A stretch of 64,000 nt of DNA, from the NCBI RefSeq assembly GCF_024521635.1, contig NW_026250403.1, positions 2,666,001-2,730,000 on the forward strand. The letters run 5' to 3'. The notes below the pieces were generated by a model, which made no database searches, was not told the origin of the DNA, and saw nothing but the letters and a program-made list of their open reading frames with translations. The translations under genes were made by a program, and so were the position numbers. Below, piece by piece: positions 12,558 to 26,183 of the stretch (within the stretch, counting starts at the first letter, position 1; every line of letters starts with the position of its first letter). The DNA comes from Tricharina praecox (taxonomy: Eukaryota).

Positions 12558-15063
12558 ATGACGCTCTTGATATGGTTGGCACTCGTGCCCGCCGTGGCCA
12601 TGGTTGCGCAGGCGACTTTGACACCCGAGTGAGTTCACTTGCCCATCCGTCGGCGATGGTGATCGTACAGCTTGCCCGGAGACAGATTTAGCTGACCGTC
12701 GATGCCTCATATAGGAAGCTTATCAGTGCACCGAGACGAGGAGAGGCAGTTCCTAACAACTCCGGGGTATGAATGGCTACTGTCGGCTGGTAAACAGGAG
12801 GTTGGTTGCTAAATCGTCGTTGCATTATAGAAGTTGGCCATCTACTCGACCTCCGAGTACTCTTTCGAGACACACTCCAAGAAATCATGGTACAGCGTTA
12901 TGGACGTTAGCACTGGCAGGAGCACTGTTCTTACCAATGATTCCGCCGTGGAAGAGATCGTGTGGGTGGATGATACTACGCTACTATATATTAACGGCAC
13001 GAACTCGGACGTGTCCGGCGGCGTAGAGCTGTGGATTTCTACGGTGAATAAGTTCACCAGTGGGTATGTACACATAGCTTCTGATGTTGTATAGCATCCT
13101 AATCACCATCTTCCCTCAGGTACAAGGCCGCCTCGATCCCCGCGCCTCTCGCAAATCTCAAGATCGCCGTCACAAAGAGCGGAGACATTAACTTTCTACT
13201 TTCAGGCCAGGCTTACGCCAACGGCGCCGTCTACAACGAGGAGCTCGTCGAAACCCCCCTCTCCACCGCCCGAGTCTACGACTCCCTCTACGTCCGCCAC
13301 TGGGACGTTTGGCTGACCTCCGAGACCTACGCCCTCTTCTCTGGGTCCCTCAAGGGTAGCACCAAGAAGACCTTCGACGGGAAACTCAAGAACCTCCTCA
13401 AAGGCACCAAGAACCTCGAGACACCCGTGCAGCCGTTTGGTGAGGGCTCCGACTTTGCTATCACTCCGGACGGAAAGACGGTAGCATTCCTGTCCAAAGC
13501 TCCCGAGCTGCCGCAGGCAAACAATACCGCCTCGTATATCTTTACCGTGCCGCACGATGGCTCCTCCGTTGCAAGAGCAGTGAACGCACCCACATCCCGC
13601 GGAACTCCCAAGAACGCCCGTGGTGCATCCTCGCTGCCAACGTTCTCGCCAGATGGAAAGAGCCTCGCCTACCTGCAGATGGACGATGCCACGTATGAAT
13701 CCGACAGGAACAAGCTGTACACGACCAAGCTCGGCAGTGGCGTTATCAATGGCGTCGCGCACAACTGGGATCGCTCGCCAGCCGGATTGTCGTATAGTGC
13801 CGATAGAAAGAATTTCTTCCTTTTGGCGGAGGAGTACGGTCGAGAGAAGCTGTGGACCCTGCCCGTGTCCTCCGGTGCGAATGCCACGCCGAAGGCAATT
13901 ACCCACGAGGGCTACATCGAATCGTTCTATCAGATCTCCAACAACAGCATCCTCGTCAGCAACAGCAGCATGGTCTCTTCCACCGGCTTCGCCGTCATCA
14001 GCACCAGCGGCTCCAGCGAGCCGAAGGTGCTCCTCGCCCCGAACAAGATCGATCCGCAGCTTGCCGGGCTATCAGATTCGCAGGTGGACGAACTCTGGTA
14101 CGAGGGCAACTGGACCACGATCCATGGGTGGATCGTGAAGCCGAGTGACTTCGACGCAAAAAAGACATATCCCCTCGCGTTTTTGATCCACGGCGGTCCG
14201 CAGGGATCGTGGGCGAATAGTTGGAGCACGAGGTGGAACCCGGCGGTGTGGGCGGATCAGGGCTATGTTGTTGTTGCGTGGGTTCCCTTTCGCAATCTTA
14301 GACAGTGAAGATACGTGACTGATGAGCGTCCAGAATCAATCCTACCGGATCCACCGGCTACGGAGAGGAACTCACCAATGCCATCCAGAACGACTGGGGC
14401 GGCGCCCCGTACGACGACCTGGTCAGGGGCTTTGACTATGTCGCCGACAACTACGAATACATCGACACGGCCAACGCCGTAGCAGCGGGGGCATCCTACG
14501 GAGGCGTAAGCCTCCCTTCCCCATCCCATCCCATCCCACCGCCATCCATCCCACTAACACCGCCCACCTAGTATATGATAAACTGGATACAAGGCCAGCC
14601 CTTCGGCCGCAAATTCAAGGCGTTAGTGTGTCACGACGGCGTGTACTCCACGCTCGACCACTACCACAGCGAGGAGCTATTCTTCATGCAGCACGACTTC
14701 AACGGGACGCTGTGGAACGACCGCGAGAACTACGAGCGGTTCGATCCGACCCGCTTCGCGATAAACTGGGCTACCCCGCAGCTGGTCATACACAATGACC
14801 TCGACTTCCGTCTGCCCGTGAGTGAGGGCATTGCGCAGTTCAATATTCTGCAGGAGTTGGGCGTGCCGTCCCGGTTGTGAGTTTCTCTCCCCCCCACCCC
14901 CCCACCCCACCAGTATCGACGGTAAATGCTAATTGAATACCTATATAGCTTGAACTTTCCAGATGAGAGCCATTGGGTTATTAAGCAGGAGAACAGTCTG
15001 GTCTGGCATAAGGAGGTGCTGGGGTGGATTAATAAGTGGTCGGGTGTTAAGGGGACTGTCTAG
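12558..15063 (+). CDS. dpp5: secreted dipeptidyl peptidase V (S9 prolyl-oligopeptidase family), multi-exon
   Basis: Signal peptide [19 protein letters not shown], then [24 protein letters not shown], nucleophile motif GASYGG, HNDLDFR and FPDESHW. Several GT-AG introns join the ORF fragments. Confidence 0.92.
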
Positions 15064-15467
15064 ACTGCAGAGGGAAATGATGTTATTTACGGTACATAAG
15101 TGTTGGTTAATACTGATTGTCAGTGGTTATGTGTAATTAAGAGTTGTCGGGTTCAGGTATGGAGGTGAAGTAATATCTGATGTCTGGCCGAGTGGATGGA
15201 TGGCGGCGTGCGTTCACAGTAGGTACTGAGGGTGGACACCACAACGTAGCCGGATTCCAAGAAAATCCGGCGAGGGCCTGGTCTTGTAGGTGTCCACCCT
15301 CCGTATTAATCGCCCGGTTCCCGGCTTCTAGTTGCAAATACCGGAATAGAGGTACAGTTTCGCGAAGTTCTGACTCCCAGAGAGAAGTAGTGACATCAAC
15401 GGACGTTCATTTGATCATTTACATGTTTAGGTATAAAAGACATCCCAATGCCGCAGTTATCCCATGC

Positions 15468-16757
15468 TTACGATCTCTGAATACCCAAACTCTCCGGCGG
15501 CGCACCAAACCTTTCCGGCTCATGCGTCGGGGCATTACCGAGGGCCTCCTCAATCCTCTTCATAATCTCAGGCGTAAGCTTATCGACCACCTGAAGTGCG
15601 CCAATGTTCTGGATGACCTGCTCGGGCCTGCTCGCGCCCGTGATGACGCTGCTGATGTTCTTGTTCTTGAGGATCCAAGCGATGGCGAGCTGTGCCTGGG
15701 GAACACCGAGCTCCTCAGCGATGACTCCGATCTTCTGCGTGGTCGCCAGCTGCTCCTTCATCTCCTTATCGTTGCCGAACTTCTCGCGGAAGCCAGTGAT
15801 GAAGGGGTCCGCATTCTTGTTGGCTTCGCCGAAGCGGGAGTCCTCGGGGATCGTGGCATTGTTGTATTTTCCAGTCAGGATGCCGAGTTTCAAGGGCGAG
15901 AAGGTGGTGAGTCCGAGGCCGTGGCGCGCGTACAGCGCGTGGAACTCTTTCTCCACTTTCTCACGGGAGAGCATGTTGTACTGCGGCTGCTCCATCTATG
16001 TTCCCCGCACAAGTTCATCATCAGTATGTTTACCTAGCAGACTTGGTATAGCAGGAGGGGATAAATACCAGCGGCCCGATCAACCCCAACTTATCCGCCA
16101 CCCTCCAGGCATCAGCAATCTCCTCCGCGCTCCACTCACTAGTTCCCCAGTAGAACGCCCAACCGCGCTCAATAACATGATTGAACGCGCGCACGACCTC
16201 CTCCATGGGCGTCTGTCTGTCGGGGCGATGCGCATACACCAAGTCGACATACTCGAGCCCCATGCGATCCAGACTTGCACGCATACCCTCAACAACATGC
16301 TTCCGCGACAGTCCTATCGTGTTCTGCGCCCGCGACTTGTGCGCGCTGTTGCCGCCGCCGAAGTTGATCTTGGTGCTGATGACCACGTCGCAGCGGTTCC
16401 AGCCGAGCTCGCGGACGGCCCGCCCCATCACTACCTCCGACGAGCCGCCGCCGTAGCCTTCGGCTGTGTCGAAGAAGCTTTAGGTGCGGGAAGGTTAGAT
16501 GCGCCGGGAGAGAAGCGAGTGAGGGGGCTAACTTGACGCCGTGGTTGTATGCGGTCTCGAGACAGGCGAAGGTCTGTTCGTCTTGGACGTGGCCGCCGTA
16601 GGTGAGCCTGTGTGAGGAATCCGTGTCAGCAAGGTAACCAATTGAATAGAAGACTGCAAGCGGGTAGCTACCATCCTCCCAGGGAAATGGCCGAGACCTT
16701 CAGTCCCGAGCGGCCCAGGAAGCGGTACTCCATGGGGGAAAGTGGTTCGGTGGCCAT
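15468..16757 (-). CDS. aldo-keto reductase, voltage-gated K+ channel beta-subunit-like
   Basis: MEYRFLGRSGLKVSAISLGGW, GLSRKHVVEG, YVDLVYAHRPD, YWGTSEWSA, EQPQYNML and FSPLKLGILTGKY across intron-separated exons. Confidence 0.92.
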
Positions 16758-18826
16758 TGTCTGGTAGGTATGTTGCGAGTGTTACTAGGTGTTTGTATTG
16801 TAAGGAAGGTACAGAGACTGGAGAGAAGGGCCACGGTTCAGTCGGAGGTCGCCATTAAATAGAATGTCCGCCATGACCAGCGCCATGCTATGTATGATGT
16901 CGTCCCGCCCCGCTAGGTTAACTAGTGGGGTGAACTGCATCGGTGGCTGCGGGGATTCGGACCGAGTAATGCGGGGTGGTTGAGCACGGGGATTAGCCCG
17001 GCGATAGCGACATTGATGCGGATCCGGGATCCCCATCAACGCATCTATGAGTCCATGTGCTCGATTGATTAACCACATGCGATGGCCATCGACAAGGTTA
17101 TGTATGTATAAAGCGGGTTTTTGGGCCTGCCGGGGTGAGGAGGACATTTTTTCGGTAGCAGACCGGGAGTTTTTGGTCATCACTGTGCTGAGTGGACTGT
17201 GGACTTGATTCTTGATTCGGTTTTCTCGCTGTCTAGAGTCCAAATGTGGAAATAAATAAACATTCCCAGTTTAGGTATCCATGTACTGTACTCTACTCGT
17301 GGTTCCTTCCATGGAGTTCCGTGATCCATCATCCATCCCCCCCAACGACACAATCATCCCAACTTCATCACTGTCTCAGCCTCTACGGCATGATCTCTCT
17401 CCGGTAAAGCCGGCGAGCCGGCGAAACACCGTCCCCGACTCCCGGAGGACGGTGCACTCCGACGCCGACAGATACCAAAACGGACATGATTGGTCGTCCA
17501 GTCGTCATCGGTCACGAATAAACCCTCATATCTAGTACCTCGTCGAGTACATACCTCATACCAGCATGGCAATTTCCATGTCTGGCCGCGTTCGAAGCAA
17601 CTGGGATGTCATTGCGTGCTCGTGATCACCACTTCCGCTCAGTGGGGCGAGATGGATGGATGGATGGCTACAGCGGCGTTAAAAGGACATGTATTGTACA
17701 TAACTGAAGCTTCCCAGGTCGATTGCGGTTATGTATCATACCACTGACTTTTTGAGAACCTTTTGGGAATTTCAGCGAATGATGGATTGAGAGTTGGTTC
17801 TCCCTCGACAGTTTGTCGGCCGTCAACTACCTCGACACGAATAAGCTCGTCAAATGACCTCGATGAGGCTGTTCCTAGGACTCGTAATGGAGTCTTTTCT
17901 TTTCCCACTCCCCTTCCTGCTATGGTTAATGTTCGCTGGGCTGCGTGGGGCCGCTGGAGGAGCGAGTCTTTGCCACGGCCCGATATGCGGAGCGAGGTCA
18001 TCTACGGAACCATAGAGCAGCCGGTTGCATTGCTCACAAACCCCACAACTAGCGATGGCAGCGGCCGTAACGGGGGATTGATATATCTGCCGCAAATTTC
18101 CCAACGGCCAACGCTAACTGGCACACTGCCATCGGTCTTTGTTGCGAGCAGGAACCAATCATTCACCGTCACTCGATACGGCAATCCGGCATCGTGATTT
18201 GTCACTCGTCAAACCACCAAGCTCCCGCAGGCCGCAGCTCCGCTTCTGCTCGATACTTAATCACGCAAGAGAGTATGACGTACCGGTATATGGAAAGCTC
18301 CAAAACTACCGTTGGATCCATCCGCTCCTGAACGTCAAGCTAGGAACATAGGCGGCCCAGTCCGTCGGCACCTAGAGCTGCAGTACCGTAGTTAGAGTGG
18401 GCAAACCGGTCCGGTCTCGCGAGACACAACTGCCTCTCTCCTGTATGGGGCTAGAGCATCTACTGCTAGCCGGTGATCCCACCGGAACCTGGGCGGCCTC
18501 GTTAAATGCTTATTCTATGGCGCCCATCTCGGTGACTTTATGTCAGAAGGTTTATGTCGATTCTTGACATTGGCAACACATTAATTTACTTCCTCGTTTA
18601 CTCTCGAAACACGCTGAACGGCTAAATCGCAAATATAACGTGCCTGATAAAGTATAGTACAGAAAAAGTAAAGTCTATCAATCAAGGTATTTAAAGCAAC
18701 GGGTATAGACGACGAACGATCCAAAACAAGCAAAAACCACAGTCCAAACCAAAAAGAAGCGCTCCCCCAATGACAAACTCCTCCCAAACAGAACTCCGTA
18801 TCACCCTCGACGCCCCAGCCAGCCCT

Positions 18827-19870
18827 CTACTTCCTCCACCAAGTCAACCAACTCTTCTGCCCGCCCCCAGTGCCATCGACGGCAAACTTTGGCGGCGGGA
18901 GACTAGCCACGATCTCGGCGGCGCGCTCCTCGTCGTCGAACTCCTCGTGCCCGCCGTCTTTCCACAGCCGCCGCTCGTACTCCGTCGCCCACAGTGCGGC
19001 GCCAGTGCCCGTCGAGAAGAGGAAGAAGATGCTGGCCACCGGAATCAGCTGCAGACACACGTGCACGAGCCCGAACAGGAAGTAGCGGAAGCGGTTGCGC
19101 CGGATGAAGCGGCGCCGCTGCGATTTGTCCCAGCCCAGCAGCTGGAAATAGCGGTAGTGGCAGAGAGGGCCGAGGTGGAAGCCTTCACGACGGACGGACA
19201 AGTCAGCGGGGGGTATTGGGGGCGGTGTGAGGGGGCGGGGAGAGGGGTACACACCTTGCAGGCAAAGGAATATCGCCGTGCCAACAACGGGGATGAAGCA
19301 CAACGGCAGCTCGAGGATGAAGTAAACACCCATGCGGACGCTTTCTCGGGACTTCATGTACGGGCTAAGTCTGTGATTCCCCAGCCGCCGTCTGCCGTCC
19401 TCGTCCACCACTAGATCGCGGGTAACCCTGACCATAGCCTCGGCGCGCTTGTTGAGGCCGCGCACTCGCTTCGTCCCTGATAGCAGCACGATGTCGAATA
19501 CATCGACGATCTGCTTTTCGGTGAGGAACGACTCGGCGATGAGTGCGACGATGGTGCCGGACTCGGAGAGGATCATTGTTGCGGCGGCGCTCCGCGGGAA
19601 CGGCTCGTGGAAGAGGCTAAGGATGAAGACGTGGGGGAGCCATAGGAAGGCGAACATAAAGATCACCACGAAGAGCGATAGCAGACATAGTGGCAGGACG
19701 CGGGAGTAGAGTGAGGGGTGGAGGGAGCGGTGGGCGATAAGATGCGGGATGCCGTGGATCGGGTAGAAGAAGGAGCGTTTCGGCAGGCCCTGGGTTGCAT
19801 GTTGTGGGGTTGGTGGCGGGCGGGGGCTGATGGGGGAGGGTGCCAACAATGGCTGCGCGTGTTCCGACAT
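18827..19870 (-). CDS. EI24-domain membrane protein (Rrt8/Lds-like)
   Basis: FFYPIHGI, LPLCFIPVVG, HYRYFQLLGW and LQLIPVASIFFLFSTGTGAALWA. A probable in-frame intron lies near 19190-19254. Confidence 0.8.
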   Translation of the reverse strand: MSEHAQPLLAPSPISPRPPPTPQHATQGLPKRSFFYPIHGIPHLIAHRSLHPSLYSRVLPLCLLSLFVVIFMFAFLWLPHVFILSLFHEPFPRSAAATMILSESGTIVALIAESFLTEKQIVDVFDIVLLSGTKRVRGLNKRAEAMVRVTRDLVVDEDGRRRLGNHRLSPYMKSRESVRMGVYFILELPLCFIPVVGTAIFLCLQGVYPSPRPLTPPPIPPADLSVRREGFHLGPLCHYRYFQLLGWDKSQRRRFIRRNRFRYFLFGLVHVCLQLIPVASIFFLFSTGTGAALWATEYERRLWKDGGHEEFDDEERAAEIVASLPPPKFAVDGTGGGQKSWLTWWRK

Positions 19871-20833
19871 CAGCACTCCTCAATACTATATTCTGTGAAG
19901 CGTTCAACTGGAGGAGGAGGTTTTACGTTTCTTTCTGACGACTGCCGATTCCCCATAACTAATTCTTCCCCCTTTTTTCTTTGTCGTTAGCATATAACGG
20001 CACAGACCCACCCGGGTGAACGAGATCCCTTTCTGCTTCTGGCTTGGGGGTTTGGGCGGGTATCGTGAGCGTGTGGTGGAGGGAACAGGGCGGCTGAAAA
20101 GTAGGCCGCTACTTTAACCAATTCCCGGCGCGTCATGTGCTGGGCACGAGCACAGCCACACAGACAGCGGGGCATTCACGTAGAGGTTCTCATGGCAGTC
20201 CATCACGCCGTGATTCGGGCCTCTAGGGAAGTCAAATTTCAGGAAATATGACGAATATCGAACATAGTGAACGGAATACGATCGTCGAGAAGCATTCCGG
20301 ATCCACCGGGAAAGATTGAAGGGACAGCCGTACATAGCGTCTTTCGTTCGGAAGCTTGAAGGGAAGACGGATTCATGCAGGGACCCAGCCAAAGCGTGTG
20401 ACTGGACTGCTGGTAGTTATTGTCCTAACCCTACGAAGGCAAAGATACGATAGGCCGAGACACGCTGGACGATCCGGACGGTAGTTGCAGGACCGTCTGC
20501 ACATGTAGGAAGTATGTACCTTGGCATCACCAATTTTCGGGACACGGGGAACCACGATTGCGTGAAGAACCCATTATTACATAGACTACTTGTAGGTACT
20601 TACACTACTCGGCGCCACAGAAAAGATATCTGGAGAATTCCTCGCCCATGGAAGCAAAGCCAAGTACATATCCAAGTACTTAAGTGGGTAGACAAAGGTA
20701 TACATGTACAGGAACAAGAAGATTGGGAAAGGACAACTAAACACTCCATCCATACCGCACTCCAAGACAATGATTTTAACCCCACTCGTCTGCAAAATCC
20801 ATCTCGTCAAGTCATCCCTCGCCTATCCATATA

Positions 20834-23057
20834 TTAATCCGCCTTGATGGCACTACAATAAAAATATTAGCCATGTCACTGATGGGTCATTGTAGGAAGG
20901 GAAAGACATACCCATAAATCTTCCTCACGAAAGCGTAACTCGCCAAGAAGCCGACGGTTCCCACGAGCACACCGTAAACGCAACACGCCAGGGCACTGTA
21001 GGCAAAGAACAGTAGTCCACTGACCCATCCGTGGACCGCCAGTCTCGTCCAGTAGTACCAGCCGGAGTAAATGAACACCCAGACAGCACTCCCGGCACCC
21101 ACCAAGAAACTTCTCCACCACCACTGCCAGTTCTCGGAGCAGAGCATAAAGTAAGTCATGATGATTGAGATTTCCATGACCGTTAGTAGAAGCACTCCGG
21201 CAATGAGCCCGAGGAACCCGAACATGTAGTAGTAGGTGGACTTGTCCTGCCAGAGCGATTTGAAGACAAAGAGAAGCTCAATGAAGATAACCGCAAAGGG
21301 GATGAGACCACCGAGGAGGATCGAAGGGATCGTCTTGAGGTACCATGGCTGCGGGGGCATTTGGCGGGCAATCATGGTTGTACGGGTTGGGTGCTCCCAA
21401 GGGTCGCGTTTGAAGCCAAGGTAGGAGCCAACGAACACAAGAGGAAGGGCGATACAGAGCCACATGAAGATCAGAGCAAGGAGTGTGGTGAACGGGATTG
21501 CCGTGGATGAAGCCTGGGCCCAGACGAAAAGGTTAAGGACGAAGACCGAAGCAAACATGAACCCCGGGAAAATAAGGGCGGTCATCAATGCGTTCTTCTT
21601 CCAGTTGTCACCCTTGAAGGTCTTGTAGACGCGGGTAGAGAAATAACCGGAGAAGACACCACCAAACACGAAGAGGAAAAGGCCGAAGGAGATGAATCCT
21701 CCACGGTAGCTGGGGTTCAAGACACCTGTCGCGGAAAGGACGATCAGTGCAATCATGACCAACATGAGCTGCACACCGCTGCCGACCACCGGCGCAAAAA
21801 GACCTCCCATGTTCGGTGGGCGGAAAACATCGCCGTGGACCAATTTCCAGCCGGTGACATCCTCCAATGCTTCGTCTTCTTCAGCTTCCTCGGCAGCTTT
21901 CTTCCTAGCCTCGGGGTCGCTAGAGGGGCCGGTTTCGTTGTACTTCTGAATGTCGCGGGAAAGAGTCCGTAACATAACAATGGCAACGACGATGGTGAGC
22001 AGCATGGCGATGACGACGGAGTTGACGATTGCCAACCAGTGGATGTGCACCGACTCTTCGTCGTTGACGAAGTAGCGATCCCACCTGTTGGCCCAGTCGA
22101 TGCCATTCTCCTCCTTCCAGTAGACCGAGTATGTGTACGGGATGCTCAGCTTTTCTCCGTCTTTTGGCACACTGAGCTCCAACGCGGGCTGGTTCTCCAA
22201 GTTCTCGGGGCATTTGCCCGCCGGTCCGGCGATGGATTTAGGGTAGACCTCGAACGCAACGATGAGTTTGCGGTTGCTGTTGGGCGCCCGTCGCCAGCGG
22301 ATGACGAGAGTAACATGGTTGTTGAGGTAGACTTTCTACACAGCTGTCAGCACTTGCCTCTGCCAAAGTTTCGCAAGTTCTTTACCGAATCCTCGAGGTA
22401 TCCTAACTTGAAGCCGGCCGCGTAGTATTTCTTCGACTTGTCAACCGTCACAAATGACGTCGCGCCCGGAAGGTTATCCACGATCCTGCGAAAACCCCAT
22501 CAGCACTCTCTCCACCCCCACCCCACCAACCGCAGGAACCGGAGAAGCCCACCATTCGACAATATACCCCTCCCTAACTAGGTCCCTAGCCCACTGGATA
22601 TCTCGTTTCTCGACCTCCTTGTCACCCAGATGCTTACACGCCTCATCTTTCCCCATGACGAGCTCATAGTCACTATTCGAGATGCGATCGCCGCGCAGCA
22701 CCTCACCCAGATTCAGGCCAATAGTTCTGGACCCGAATTTCGACCCAAACCCATCTTTCGTCGCCGGGACGACGAACGGAAGCTCGGCGTACGCGAAGGG
22801 CAGCTCCGTCGTCGGCGACGAAATCTTGTTCGTCGATAACGCTATGGGATCGTTGTCCTTATACGAGCGGACAGACCAGCCTACATATGAGCGATCAGCG
22901 GGGGGACGTCCCATGTCGCAGCGCAGAACCGCGTCCGAGCGGAGATGCGCGCGGAAGGGGGAGGGGGGAGGGAGGGCAGCCCACCTGGAATGTAGAAGGC
23001 CGAGCAGAGGGGTGCCAATGCTGCCGGCAGCAGCAGTAGAGTATTGGAGAGCTTCAT
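20834..23057 (-). CDS. endomembrane protein 70 / TM9SF nonaspanin
   Basis: Signal MKLSNTLLLLPAALAPLCSAFYIPG, NLGEVLRGDRI, WANRWDRY, IHWLAIVNS, GWKLVHGDVFRPP and WQWWWRSF. The spliced C-terminus is KIYG-AIKAD. Confidence 0.93.
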
Positions 23058-24084
23058 GACAGTGTGTATTTCCGCGAGCCGGTGGTCTCGAAAGCTGAGA
23101 AGTTGGGATGGGATATGCAAGTGGAAGGAGTTATGTGGGGGGGTTTCGTTTCCAAATCCCACGAAAAGCCTTGCGGCGGTTCACAGTGAATTGACTACAG
23201 GCTGCAAGATGTCAGGATCCGAACAAAGGTCAGACAGACGTAATGCACAGAAGGATGTGTATGTAAGACTTACGACGCTCGTTGATTGAGGATGGCGTGT
23301 TGAGGGAAGATTGTCCACGGTCAGGGACTGGATCGCTCCCTACTCTACAAGACCTCCTAACCCAAAGTCAGTGGCGGCAGTGTCAGCTTCGGATGACTAA
23401 CCCAATCAGCCTTACAGCCACATGACGGTCATGGTTTATCACTAGTCTAGGGACTCCAGTACCATGGCTAATTAGGTGTCACGGTTTTAACTCAAGACCC
23501 ATGCCAATCAAGGTGGCCTTATATAAGCCTTCATGATAGACTTTGAGGAAGAGAGAGAGAGGGAGCGAGAGCGAGAAGCGGTGAACCAGTGATTGAATTG
23601 ACTGTCTACTTGGTTGAGAAACAAAAGAGCGGACAACATGGGCGGTTTATATACAACAAGAAAACGAGAAATACAGTACTATACTGAACGACACCTGTCT
23701 TCCACCTAATCCTCGAGCCTTTTCTTCCCATATTGCCTATGCTCATTGCGAATAGCCATTGCGTGTCATATCTTCTCCCACATTACGCGTCCTGGCTTTT
23801 GAGTTTGCCAGGCTGTGGCGACACACTTTTCTTCAGTACATACCGTACTAGAAGGTAGGTCTGGTATGAGGTAGGTACCAAGCAGGTCCAGTTCAAATAG
23901 TCACGCTGACAGATTTTCTTCACCGACTCGATGGACGGACAGGTTTGATGAGAATAAAATAATTGGATATAATCGAACTATAAAGGCAGCCAGGCAGGCA
24001 GGGTAGATACATGAAATACAATAGGAAAAATCAAAAACCCTCCACTGGCCCTTTTTTTCATCAAACACCTCACTTCCGCACCAA

Positions 24085-26183
24085 CTACCGTCCAGTCCAG
24101 ACACCGCTCTCCCAGTAGTCACAACGGTCTTTTCTGGTATCCGCTCCATCGACATTCTCAAACTTCAACAACCCCACATTCAACATCTTGACGTAAGTGC
24201 CCACGGTGGCGGGCACCATATCGATCGTCGGGGGAAGGGACCCCGTCTGTCTGTACGTATTGGGGCTTCCGGACCGGACGAACGAGGTGAAGTAGCTCTG
24301 GAACCCGGTGGCGAGATTCTTCTCGGTGATGAAGTTCAGGTCGAAATCGAGCTGGAAGAGGTTGTAGATGTTGAGATCCGTCCGCCAGAAGGTGAAAATT
24401 AGATCGAGCCCGTGGACTCCCGGGGGAACGGCGAACTGGTAGGACCAGGCCTTACCGGCGTACGCTTTTGCGACGGCCCGAACATTGCACGTGACGACCC
24501 AGTCCCCGATTAACTGGACTAGGCGCTCGTAGTTGGAAAAGAATGGACCGAAGATGCTGGGATTGGGGTAGAGATCGTCAAGGGCGTCCATGTTCGCGGT
24601 GGAGATGGACGGGAAGTTTGATGCAAGGAGCTTATCGACCTGTGAGTTGAGGATCTTGGTTGGGTCGGCAAAGATGATGCCCTCATTGCTGGTATGTCCG
24701 ACGATGACACTGACGTCCTTCCAGTAGTTGCCATTGGCCATCTCGATGCTCGGTAGGTCCATGATGTATTGGTTGTCCACTGCAGGGCCAAATCCAAAGG
24801 TTCCATACTGCGCATCTCCAACGATAGCCAGGTTTGCGGCCTGCAGCTCCTCGGTAGTCTTTGTGCGAAGGCAGGCAAGACCCTTGCCTGCACAACCGGC
24901 CCCTGACTCGAAAGCCGCGTAAATGGCCTCGAGACTGACTGGGCTGTACATTGGCTCGAAAGCCGGGGATTGCATGATCGCTCGCTTGAACAACGGGTCG
25001 CTTGAGCCACCGTTTCCAACAAGGTGATGCATAATGGATCCTGCAAGGATATTAACACAGTGTACTAGCAGGAGGTGGAGAAGATAGGGACTCACCAGCA
25101 CCCGCACTCTCTCCCATAGCGGTCACGGCAGTCTTATCACCACCAACGAGGCTGATATAGCTCTGAACCCATTCGAGTGCCTTCTTCTGGTCCCATAAGG
25201 CCGCATTGGGAAGACCTTCCGCTTCGACAGTAGGACCGCTCAAGAAACCGAATGCACCAAGCTAACGGTGGAAACATCAGCACTCACTCGCGTCGGAGTC
25301 GGGAAAGGTAGAACTCACACGGTAGTTTGGCGCAACATAGATCATGTTGTTATCCGCAGACTTGAGTAATGGATTCCCATCGTACCTGGTACCAAAAACC
25401 GTTAGCAGGCCTTTCAGGAAATTACACGGTACCATTGCCGGAGGTGGAGCCTACAAGAAGAACGATTTCGAGCCCAAGACTAAGATTTATCCACGTTAGC
25501 GTCAGGGTCCACAATCCCAGGCATCCGGGCCGAAGAAAGCAAAGCGAGCAGCATCCTCCAATATGGAAGTCATGTACGAGATGCAAGACTTACCATAACC
25601 ACCGCCAAAGATCCAAAACAACACTGGCAAGTTCTTGACCTCTCCGCGAATCGCCTTTCCGGGAACTTGGATGTCCAAGAACAGGCAATCTTCGCTCCAA
25701 GGCTCCAGATTCGCAAGCAATGGGTAGGCAACTATTTCCATTGATCAGTTGCACGGTTCTAGTGGCCACAACGATGAATACCGGGACCGGGCACGGAGCG
25801 AACTCACAGCTCAAAATCTCAGGTAGGGCCTGAGGGCACTGGGACCCAACCGATCCATCCTGAATGGCCGTCTCTACAGCTGGGTCTGCGGGCTTCTTCC
25901 ACCGCAAGTCTCCAATTGGTGGCGCTGCGAAGCGGATATTCCTGAAGGTGTAGTACTATGATCTCTGGTGTTCAGTATGAACCGGATCTGGATAATGGGG
26001 GGGAAGGCTGCTCACGTCGTCCGTGACATCGTACGAATATGCCTTGTAGGAGGCATACGGCAGAGTCAGAGTGGGCAGGTCATTGCTCCCAGCCCCAAGG
26101 GTGATACCGAGTGATAGGGGAGCCGCGAGGGAAGCGGGAAGCAGAGAGAGGAAGAGAAGTCCAAGCATCTTGAGAGGAGCCAA
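24085..26183 (-). CDS. secreted type-B carboxylesterase/lipase, multi-exon
   Basis: Signal peptide, NIRFAAPPIGDLRW, SEDCLFLD, WIFGGGY, NAALWDQ, GESAG nucleophile, NEG and HGLD catalytic motifs. Confidence 0.92.

Noticed and set aside
17729-18205. Two abutting in-frame minus ORFs separated by one TAG (possible A-to-I-corrected stop), plus an opposite 144-aa ORF
   Set aside because: The upstream part starts at GTG right after a TGA and no motifs are recognisable. Similar abutment occurs by chance at 51603-52181.
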